From NCBI GenBank assembly GCA_026936335.1, contig JAPMXV010000054.1, positions 248,001-312,000 on the forward strand: a DNA stretch of 64,000 bases, in the 5' to 3' direction. Origin of the DNA: Mantamonas sphyraenae STR306. Lineage: Eukaryota > Protista > CRuMs. Below are positions 45,201 through 53,298 of the stretch, piece by piece (the first letter of the stretch is position 1; every line of letters starts with the position of its first letter). Both the position numbers and the translations under genes were made by a program. The notes under the pieces are model-generated. The model made no database searches. It was not told where the DNA came from and saw nothing but the letters and a program-made list of their open reading frames with translations.

Positions 45201-47801
45201 AGTGCCGATGTCGTCTGCCTCCACAAGTAAGGTGTTGCGCAGCGACTCGGCCAAGCCAAGTTCAACAACAGCTGAACCGCTCGCCCGCTTCTCGCTCAAC
45301 CCTTCATCCAAAATAGGAGTGGATGCACCTTGAAAGAGCTGAAAGGGTTCGCTCTCAGATGGGAGCAACGCATCGAGGCGCTCGTCGAGGAAGCCTACCT
45401 CTCCAAAGATCAGTGTCAGCCACATCCTGATCTTCTGCTCCCATTCCATCGCTTCGCTTGTGCTTGGAGGCACTGGGCCTATCAGCTTGGCCAGGTCACG
45501 GGTGCTGCCAACAAACACCGGTTGCTCGAGGTCGACTCCCAGGTCATGAGCCAGTCCCAGGTCCAGCAGCTCATGACGGACACCGTCCGGAACCACACCT
45601 CTGATACCCTTGACCATGTTGATTTGCTCTTTCGAAAGCACTTGTTCGACCACTTGCGACCACGTTTCCCTTGACACCCTGTTTTGATAGAGGTCTCTCA
45701 AATCGAATCCATCCTGTTTGGGTGCGTCAAGGGCAGCCGCAGCAAGCCCTTCCATCCCCTGCTTGTCCGTCGACACAGCCACATCGTACCCGTGCCTCTT
45801 GTCCAGCTCGTACAGTTCGGTCTTGCGCGAGGGATCCTGGTCCTCAGCTTCGCCTTTGCTGGCGTCCCACCGTGCCTGTGTCTGCTCTGCCAAGATGAGA
45901 AGGCTCGGTCGCATTGTCCGACCGCCCCACAGGCACCGCGCGGTTTCAGTCATGACAGCAGCAGGCACAACGTGCAGCTCCCACACGTCGCTGCCGCCGT
46001 CGTTGTTGCTGCGCTCCACGGCGAACATGCGAATGTAGGATTGACAGAGAGGTTCCACACCGCGGCTCACACGCGCATTCAGCTTGCCCACAACCCGGGG
46101 CTTGGGCACTTTGGACTCGCAGAGTTTGAACTGCTCGCCATGCTCGCCAAACACGGTTGTCGTGGTCTCCTGCGGAGCCAGCCGGTCCACCACTGCCTCG
46201 TGGAAGCCGACAACGAAAAGAAACAGCCGCACGTACGAGAGGTACAGGGCAGCGTGCATACGCAGCTCGTCCAGGTGATCTTGAGCACGACGTTGTTGCT
46301 TCCCGTCCGAGTTGACGAGCAGATGGCCGACACACACGTTGTTGCTCACCATGTGCCCGTACACGTGGTCCAGTACATTCCCATGATCCAGCAGGTTGAC
46401 AAGGTCATGCACGTCCAGGTTGAGGGCAGATTTCCGAGGGCAGCGGACGGGCGCTTGCACGTCCCCACTGAGGTGCAAGGCAACCAGCAGAGCGAGCAAG
46501 CTAGACTGTCTGCTGCTGAGTCGTGCGACTCCCTTGGCCATCACGAGGAAGACCTCGTTCTGCGTCACGCACGCAGCCCAATCCGCATCCCAGCATGGGA
46601 CAATGTACGTGACACCGGTGCCGAAAGCCTCGTCGTAGTGTCGCATGGCGTTCACCTTGACCGTGTCTGCCAAAGTCGGCTGCACGTTTTCTTCCTCTGT
46701 GTCAGCCACATTGCCGATGAGTTCGTTGCCGAATTGCAGTGCTCCGCCGCTCTCGTCGCACAGGCGCTTTGCAGCATGGTAAACCGCCATGTGTGCTTGC
46801 CCAGTCACGGCCAATGGGTGTCCAACGGCGATGTACCGCGGGTCGACCTCTCGGCGCTTCCTCAGTTTGCGCCTCGCTGTCCTCGAGACAGCAGCCGTGT
46901 GGGAAAGGGTCTTCTCCATCCGATCCACATGCACTTGGTAGCTCAGTGAGTCACTCCGCTCATCCAAAAGCTCTGGTTTGAGGTCTGTGCACACGCAGAA
47001 GATGAGACGCTTGCGTTGCACGTCTACTCTCAGCTGAAGTCGATGCATCTCTGTCTCTACGCACCGCTTGACCAGTCCATACAACTCTTCCTCGCCCATA
47101 GGCTCGGTCCTGACTCGTGGCTCAAGGACGGTGAACAACACAGACCACAGATCGATAAAACACACCACGAGCCTGGTGTGTGGCTTGAGCAGGTCCTCCG
47201 TGAGCTCCACGTCCAGCAGCGACAGCATGTTACGCAGTCTCTTTGCCTTGCCACTACCTGCTTGCCTCCCGTGTTTCAGCGTCGCGGCGACAACGTCCTC
47301 CTCCTCAGAATCTTCAGTCGTGGTGACAACGTCCTCCTCCTCAGAATCTTCAGTCGTCACTTTCGCAGCCTCCTCGCCCTCCATGACGGCGTCCTCCGTG
47401 TCAATCCAATCACCATCAGAAACCCCTGCTCGAGTTCCATGGTATTTGGTGCTGCTCTGTGCCTCACCTGCCTCTCCTGTCTCGTTTGCGCCCCGGGTCG
47501 ACAAGCCGGAAATGGAAATGCGGCCGTCGGAAACGTCCGCAACCCCCGTTCTTCCCTCCCGTTGACTGGCCCGTGGGTCATTGGTGAAGACGCAGGAGCA
47601 GCAGTAACGGTGTTTCAGATACACGTAGTTGGTGCAGCCTCGCTGAAGGCACATTTGTGCCCGGGACCGTTTTCTGGCCGGAGAGGAAAGCGACAAGGGC
47701 CAAACCTCGACTTCCAGCGGCTCCACGGGCTCCACGGGCTCAGCGACGTAGATGCTTTCAAGCTCTCGTTTGTGACAACTGCGCGTGTTGTATGTGCTCA
47801 T
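42276..47801 (-). CDS. Giant Fanzor (TnpB-derived RNA-guided nuclease)-like protein, ~1,841 aa, with a putative N-terminal PIN/XPG-like domain
   Basis: RuvC-I LLGIDPG (D at 43122-24); MLCIGDG in place of the canonical RuvC-II Glu; alternative Glu in WVNECNTT (42567-69); zinc finger CPKC...CEQC; RuvC-III RNRDFSSAQCI (D at 42450-52); Arg-rich helix between RuvC-I and II. An alternative in-frame ATG lies at 47900. Confidence 0.85.
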   Translation of the reverse strand: MSTYNTRSCHKRELESIYVAEPVEPVEPLEVEVWPLSLSSPARKRSRAQMCLQRGCTNYVYLKHRYCCSCVFTNDPRASQREGRTGVADVSDGRISISGLSTRGANETGEAGEAQSSTKYHGTRAGVSDGDWIDTEDAVMEGEEAAKVTTEDSEEEDVVTTTEDSEEEDVVAATLKHGRQAGSGKAKRLRNMLSLLDVELTEDLLKPHTRLVVCFIDLWSVLFTVLEPRVRTEPMGEEELYGLVKRCVETEMHRLQLRVDVQRKRLIFCVCTDLKPELLDERSDSLSYQVHVDRMEKTLSHTAAVSRTARRKLRKRREVDPRYIAVGHPLAVTGQAHMAVYHAAKRLCDESGGALQFGNELIGNVADTEEENVQPTLADTVKVNAMRHYDEAFGTGVTYIVPCWDADWAACVTQNEVFLVMAKGVARLSSRQSSLLALLVALHLSGDVQAPVRCPRKSALNLDVHDLVNLLDHGNVLDHVYGHMVSNNVCVGHLLVNSDGKQQRRAQDHLDELRMHAALYLSYVRLFLFVVGFHEAVVDRLAPQETTTTVFGEHGEQFKLCESKVPKPRVVGKLNARVSRGVEPLCQSYIRMFAVERSNNDGGSDVWELHVVPAAVMTETARCLWGGRTMRPSLLILAEQTQARWDASKGEAEDQDPSRKTELYELDKRHGYDVAVSTDKQGMEGLAAAALDAPKQDGFDLRDLYQNRVSRETWSQVVEQVLSKEQINMVKGIRGVVPDGVRHELLDLGLAHDLGVDLEQPVFVGSTRDLAKLIGPVPPSTSEAMEWEQKIRMWLTLIFGEVGFLDERLDALLPSESEPFQLFQGASTPILDEGLSEKRASGSAVVELGLAESLRNTLLVEADDIGTLSLMGRVYGLVVALMMDLLQLLQLAPSEGLAAELAKVIQVQDNSLVLHATSSNLFSMSLCLSKEEAEKAREEPGRRAKRMVSLQRALEHTGINEALVVTTEDGNIACTYQGCDRIGLDVSKLSPRIVSTLKTRAAASVITTWGTMLRRSAKNNILSMAAEAATDDSVTVKRLAQSLSSEGVNEEDKDEEEAASIKECEEVLDHVLQRHGGVSLSAFQDILKHVGPDTGISTAQTVFFQIVQNCRMNKLYPDKHTLNIQLPLEREHLYGVWAATTIANACWQHVLKDDNYAVACRSILKGAVVSTMGMGIDDVDDIDAVTDGHVRQWMDKLDSWDNSAHVHGLRASLAHHMLSRATTGDQSSSSSSGDAQEYLPYSSGAVEAMRLCSIKCANKSPRIISNQDGVQCIPAEDMAVYADPFLFALFDVFKQGALSLSQAPAIAKTPFLNAGFLSVRTFTSVSMLNTRHWAIPATNTQRQLYYLEALCLPDEMMSLFPALRTCLHLLYNSTATTHAETRDISDDMFVSFLNGEADELLGLEGGVVPMQGTPFRRHHVNRYNYSETTKGDTGTGSGGRDAGAHSEFERCQRRLMERVVAVALRLSELAAFVCSHKHRQRAIDSNGELEGAAPASKSLREAVLEQLNQWLPKSAAKLDKLGLVPVMNTCRRPHGEISSYSRVLPLSKEANQCLQLLGIDPGKYNCPAALCIPRQEVDVSGSEVTFADAYKFSPPSLSAMERQVGLKRDSAQLSKAVRESMEAVRWEQPRLVANAHAEARTKRVTRHQQEQTDRVAKADGQALDTHNEEDGMDFQQRHRHQRHRIRLRRQRWLRDVRRTEEYETAGGMRRMTMLCIGDGYSGGRGGVQVLAQLAKQDMIVLWVNECNTTLRCPKCGSVHRSTHGSNLTARVKHCEQCGLFRNRDFSSAQCIANKVFAALRGHTVWCMTKAWQRSRVGAQFRRSLGLPEDVNGAAVDRSPPT

Positions 47802-48509
47802 GTGGTGTTGTTTTATTGGACGGGAAGTCGGGGTGGCCAGCACTGTACGTCGTCGCCAACTTTGCGACGTCAATTCTGCCAGTGGATTGTCCCGATACAT
47901 GAAGAGGCTCACCAGACGTGTTGATGTCCACGGCGTACACAAAATCGGCGTGGCCGCTGGCCAGTTTGATGCTGTGCAACGTGAGCGAGGCCGTAACCCA
48001 ATTGCTCCTCACTTGTGCACATAGCCACCGTGGTGGAACACCGTGTTGTAGTAGAACCGCGTGATCTGATCGCCTCCCCCCCCCCCCCAACTGACCATGG
48101 GACCGCTGCGTTGCACGCCGCGATTGTCAATGGAGAACGTGCTCTCATTTGGCGAAAGCAACACCTGATCGCCTCGTATCAGCGCCTGTTCCAATCATCG
48201 CGCGACAGTCCCGATCCAATTGTGCCTTTCTCTCACATGCATTGCCGTCATTCAATGTCCACTCGAATATTGAATCTGGTTCCTGCAAACCTTGCATCGT
48301 CCGCGTCCGCCGAGAAAATCTACAGGACAGCCAATGCCCGAAAGGGCATGTGCATGCACTGCCACAGAAGCAAGTTGCACATATCGTAGTGCGGACGTTG
48401 TCAACCTGGCGGGAGCAAACACCACCAGAAGCGAACATTGGGAGCTAGAGAGTTTGCGGGCACAAGGTCAACTTGACTCGAATCCACTGTAGCTGCTCAA
48501 CCCTCGTCG

Positions 48510-50060
48510 TCACCTGTGCCCATCCTCTGCCTCGGAAGCGCCACCCCACGTCGATTCGAGCTGAAAGAGGCTGGATGAGCCAGAAAGAGGAGGCAGCTGC
48601 GTGGTGGTCAGCTTGGCGAGGCCGTTGTCGCGAGCAAAGGGCGATGCACCCTGCTGCGAGTCGACGTCGCCCTCGTCAAAGCTGTTGCTCCTCGATGTCG
48701 TTCGCGACAAGTGTTTGTTCTGTTTCTCCAGGTACCGGATGCGCAGATTAAGGTCGCGGATGGTGATGTTCAGGCCGGAAATCTCCTTTTTCATGCGCAG
48801 AAACTCGGCGTGCTTCAACGGCTGCTGCTGGATGTGTTTGGACGACGAGGAGGAGGAGGATACTCTGGTGGATGAAAGCGACGATGACGACGAGGCAGAC
48901 ACCTTTGCGGCACCTGAGGCAGCCCGGAAGGCGTCGTCGGGCAGCATGGCGAGCTTCTCCTGAAGCTGGATGTTCTCCGCGCAGATGGCTCTGTTGTGGT
49001 CCTGGTTACGCTTCAGCTCAGCCAGGAGGGCGTTTTTCTGCGCCTCCAGATTATCGACAATGGTTTGGCTGATGTTGAATTCGTTGCGCATGGTCGAGAC
49101 GTCGCCTGCAAAATTCACAGCCGAGGCTTTCAACTTGCGGTTGTCCCCAACAAGAAGATTCACCTCCTCCTGCAACGCCTCCACCTTTTTGGCCAGCTTC
49201 AGCTTGCTCTCGTATAGTTTCTTGACGTCAGCCCGTGTCTGCACGTCCAGGTAGGCGACGTCGTCGCCCAGCAGGACGTTCTGTGCACGCCTCTGGGCCT
49301 CCTGTGCCATGGCATTCTGGTTCAGCTCCTTCAGCTGCTCCTCCAGCTCAGCAATGCGGTCGTCCTTGGCCACGGCAGCCAGCAAATCCTGCTGCAGCGC
49401 GTCCACCCTGCTTTCCAGGTCCTCGTTGCTCTGCTTCAGCGCAGCAATCTTCTCCGCCTTGCTGCGTAGGTCCAGGCTCAGCTGCGAGTTTTCCACACGC
49501 AGTTGTTCCAACGACTGCGAGAATAGGTCCCGGGTTTGCGACAGCTGCGCATGAAAGCCGTGTGCACACCGAGTACAGGCGAGGCAAAAGGGTGGGCAAT
49601 CAACGGTAGCCGTTGAACGCACCACACATCAGTGTCCCAGGGATGTGTGAGCACCAGGTCCCAACAGGCATCCACAATGCTCCACACACAGGAGCCCATA
49701 TCCCCGCCTCGGGGGCACCCGACCACACCACGGTTGCCCTCTAATAACCACACGACCTACCTTTGCCTTTTCCTGACGCTCCGTTGTGCTCTCGCGAGCG
49801 TGTTTGTCCTTGAGTGCGGCAATCTGCGCTTTGTACTTGCGGTGCAGCTCCTCTTGGGCCCTTTCGACGGCTGTGTCGATGTCTGTCTGTTTGGAGGCCT
49901 CTGCTTTGGCCAACTGCCGCTTGAGGTCGGCGGCAAACTGCTGGTTGACTTCCGCCAACTGCATACGCTGGTTGGCAGCCACCAGCTGCTTTTCCAGCTC
50001 CGCAATGCGCTGGCGCTCTTGCACGTGATACTCGTAGCAATCTGGTTTGGCCGAGCTCAT
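48510..50060 (-). CDS. Coiled-coil protein of unknown function (2 exons)
   Basis: Heptad-rich ORFs 49629-50120 and 48510-49625 joined by an intron at ~49760-49517 (GTAGGT donor); start MSSAKPDCYE. Confidence 0.7.
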
Positions 50061-50119
50061 GGTCACGGATGGTTGGGGCCGCCGGCGCCGCGCCGCACCC
50101 CTCAACCCACGCAAAACCA

Positions 50120-51108
50120 ATGGAAGCCCTGCGTGACTTTGCCACCGAAAACGCGTTTCTCAGCAAAGAGTGTGCGCAGTCCCTGCTGATCGATTTGGAT
50201 CTGGGCAACGTGGACTGCCTCAAGGCCCTGGCCAGCAAGCTGGTCGGCATGGCCATCATCGGCTTGTCCATTGTCGTCAAGATGCCCCAGATTGTACCCA
50301 TGGTGCGCAAGAAGGAGGCCAAGATTCCCCTGTCCATGTTCCTGTTGGAGCTCATTGTGTACGTGGTGTACTCGGTCGCCTGCGGGCCATGTGACGGATG
50401 GCAGCGCCTTCCTTGGGGCGTTCGTCGCGCGGCTGCCCTTTTTCGGCCCTCCGAACACGTCATCCAGGCCCCCACACGCTCACACAACCTTCAATCCCTC
50501 CATACGCCACAGCACATGCATCAGCTTTGGCTACAGCTTCTTCAAGGGCTACCCGTTCAGTGCGTACGGCGAGGGCGCGTTCCTGATTGCCCAGAGTACG
50601 TTTTCGTGTGTTTTGTGACGGTGGCGGGAGTTTTGAGAGATTCGGTGCCTGCAGCAAAGAGCCCGCGACGGTTGACACAAAACACCCGCGGCCACACGCA
50701 GACTTGATCATCGTCATTCTCTACTTTGTGTACAACAAGCAGAGCATGGTGGTGCTGTTTCTTGGCCTGTGCGCCTATGGTGCCTCGCTGTACTCGCTCA
50801 TGTTTGGCCTTGTGCCCGAGCAGTACCTGGAGACACTGCAGAACTCGACCACGCTCATCATGATTGCCTCTCGCCTGCCCACCATCTACAGCATCTTTAC
50901 CAACAAGAGCGCTGGCGACCTGGCCTGGTTCCCGTTCTTTATGTTCTTTGGCGGAGCTGTGGCGCGCATCGGCACCAGCATCCAGGAGACCGGCGACATG
51001 GGCATCATCATCGGCTTCTCTGTCGGCGCATTCCTCAACCTCTTCATCATGCTCCAGATCCTGTACTACGGCAACGACACCGAAGCCAAGGAGAAGAAGG
51101 AGAAATGA
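50120..51108 (+). CDS. MPDU1: Mannose-P-dolichol utilization defect 1 (Lec35), PQ-loop protein, 3 exons
   Basis: DCLKALASKLVGMAII..SIVVKMPQI, GYPFSAYGE, SRLPTI, ARIGTSIQETGD, LQILYYG. Introns at 50359-50512 and 50596-50701. Confidence 0.88.
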
Positions 51109-51173
51109 ATCGCTCTCCACACGAAACAGGTGTGACGTCCGCAACAAGCCCCATTTTCACTTTCTTTTCTTGT

Positions 51174-53097
51174 TCACAGATTGCCAATGTCTCCCACAAT
51201 GTTCACCTTGCGCCCCTGATACTCCGCAGACATGCTGTCCTGCACCTTGACTTGCAGCTCCTTCGTGACGCGGATCAGGTTGTCCAGCTCGGGTTTGACC
51301 TCACGAAGCGAGGCTTGCGCTTGTGTGCGACGCTCTTGCACCTTGCTGATGGAATCTTCAAGTCGGCGCGCATTTTCCAGCTTCTGCGTGAGCGAGCGAG
51401 CGACGCGCTCCACGTAATGCGGTGACGATTTGAGCATGAGCAGCTGACGAAAGCGAGGCTGTTGCAGCGCATCCAGCACCTCTCGCACGGCCATGACGTA
51501 GCCTTCCATCTGCTTGGCCGTCTGGTGCTGCAGGATTGCGGGCCCGCCCTGGAATTGGTCCGTGGTGCTCATGTCGTACTTGGCACCCATTTCCGCTACG
51601 CGCTGCGAACAGAATGCGTCCAGCTCCAACAGATCGTCCACAAACTCATTGCGTGTCTCCTGGTGCTCCAGAATCGTTTGGTGCGGGTTCTCATACCGTG
51701 ACACGGTCTTGCCTGCAGCCACAAGTTGGATGGCCGCCTCGGCTTCTCCGCTGTCTGCTCCCCAGTCGATTCCAGCTACGTCGTTGTCCCCTGCGTTTCC
51801 CTCTGCTCCTCCTGCCCCTTCGTCTCCCATCGCACCCCAGTCGATCGCAGATGCATCGATGGTCAGCCCGCCAGTGTCATCGTCCCCTCCTGCGTCTCCT
51901 CCCGCCCCCCAATCGATTGCAGACGCGTCAAAGGCAAGACCTCCGTCATTGTCGTCCTCTCCTGCGTCCCCCCCTCCTGCACCCCAATCAATCGCCGACG
52001 CGTCAATGGTCAGCCCTCCCACGTCGTCACCCGCGACCCCATCTGATGCCGCCAGCGCATCCTCCAGCGAGAATCCGCCCGACGAGGATGATCCGACGTC
52101 TGCCGTGCCAATGTCGCCCCAGTCGACGGCATCGGTCTGCGGCTCCGGGTCCGGGAGGGTGCTGACGTCAAGGCCTTCCATTTGCGCAACCGACGTGTTT
52201 CCGTTGCGGATGAGGTAATGGAGGACAAACAGAGGGACCTCGTCGTCTTCGTCACGGTATGTCTTGTTGGCGCCCTGGTTGTGGTCCATAACCTCCACAA
52301 AGGTGGCAAAGGCGTGGTAGAACTCCAACGCTTCGCTCAACGTGGGCTGTTGGGCTGCCTCGACCACTTTGGCATACCAATCGGGCAGGGCAGAAGGAAG
52401 CGCAGCCAATTGTGTGCGCAGGTCGGCAGACGGATCGATGTCCCAGTCACGACAGGCCTTGTCGTAGTCTGCACGCAGCTGCTTGGCTGCAGAACGCACG
52501 TCCGCCTCTTTGCGGTCGCTTTCCTCCACCTGGCGTGTGAGACGGGCTACACTCTTCTTCAAGGCTGGCACCTCGTACATGGTGTTTTGCTGCAAGATGT
52601 GCGCCGATTCGCCGAGGTACACAAAGCCCGATTCGTAGCTGCGCAGAATGTCCAGCCAATCGTTGAGCCGCTTGCTCGTGTACATGCCAAAGAAGTTGGT
52701 GGCACTGTCCTCTTCGGACTTGGTCAACAGCAGCTCCTTGAGCCGCTTCGCTTGGTAATAATCGATGTCTGCGCACGGACGGAAATGCGAGGGCGATGGG
52801 TCAGCCTCAACACGCCTCCTTCTACCCCACGCAAGCAGGGGAGTCACAAATACAAACACATGCTCGCTTCCAAAAGTGTGTTTGTGCGGTGCCGGGATCG
52901 TGTGGGGAGTGGTGCTGGTGTGTTGACGTACAGGTGCCCTGGAGCAGGGTGGTGATTTCCTCCACGTCAGGCATGTCTTCCAGCGCTGCCTGGACCTTGT
53001 CCCGGATGTCCTCGAGGTCGTCCTTCCACGACGGAGTCAACTTTTTGCGGTCGAGCAGCCACTCCAACAGCTTGTCGTAGTGGATGTCCAGAGCCAT
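51174..53097 (-). CDS. CDK5RAP3: CDK5RAP3/C53/LZAP (UFMylation adaptor, ER-phagy receptor), 2 exons
   Basis: LDIHYDKLLEWLLDRK, NFFGMYTSKRLNDW, YLGESAHILQQNTMYEVPALKK, IDWG motifs, TRNEFVDDLLELDAF..QR, YQGRKVNIVGDI. Confidence 0.92.
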
Positions 53098-53298
53098 CAG
53101 AGGCTTCTTTGCGTCCGGCTTTGCCTCACCCGAGCCCGTGAGCTGTTCTCAGAGTGTGAGTGACTGGTGTGACTGGTCGAGATGACAAACGGATGCCACA
53201 GGCCATGTGCATGTGGAAACTCACGGTGATGAAGCTCATGTGTGTGGAATGTGCGCTTTGGAATGCGTCCGCAAGGGCATCCAGGGGAATTCAGCGGA

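Larger units (their letters stand above)
42126..48489 (-). mobile_element. Fanzor-carrying DNA transposon with Tc1/mariner-like ends (TA flanks, imperfect 22-bp TIRs); no transposase recognised
   Basis: TA(42124-25)|CAGCCTGTTCGGAGCAAGTTGA ... TCAACTTGACTCGAATCCACTG|TA(48490-91); the TIRs are 15/22 identical without gaps. Removing the element leaves a 24-bp gap between two convergent host stop codons, similar to other convergent gaps in the window (23, 25, 38, 41 bp). Confidence 0.78.

Noticed and set aside
42276-47801. Interpreting the large ORF as Cas12 or a prokaryotic IS200/IS605 TnpB
   Set aside because: There is no CRISPR array, cas gene or TnpA. The context is eukaryotic, the RuvC-II is of the rearranged Fanzor type, and the ends are TA-flanked TIRs.
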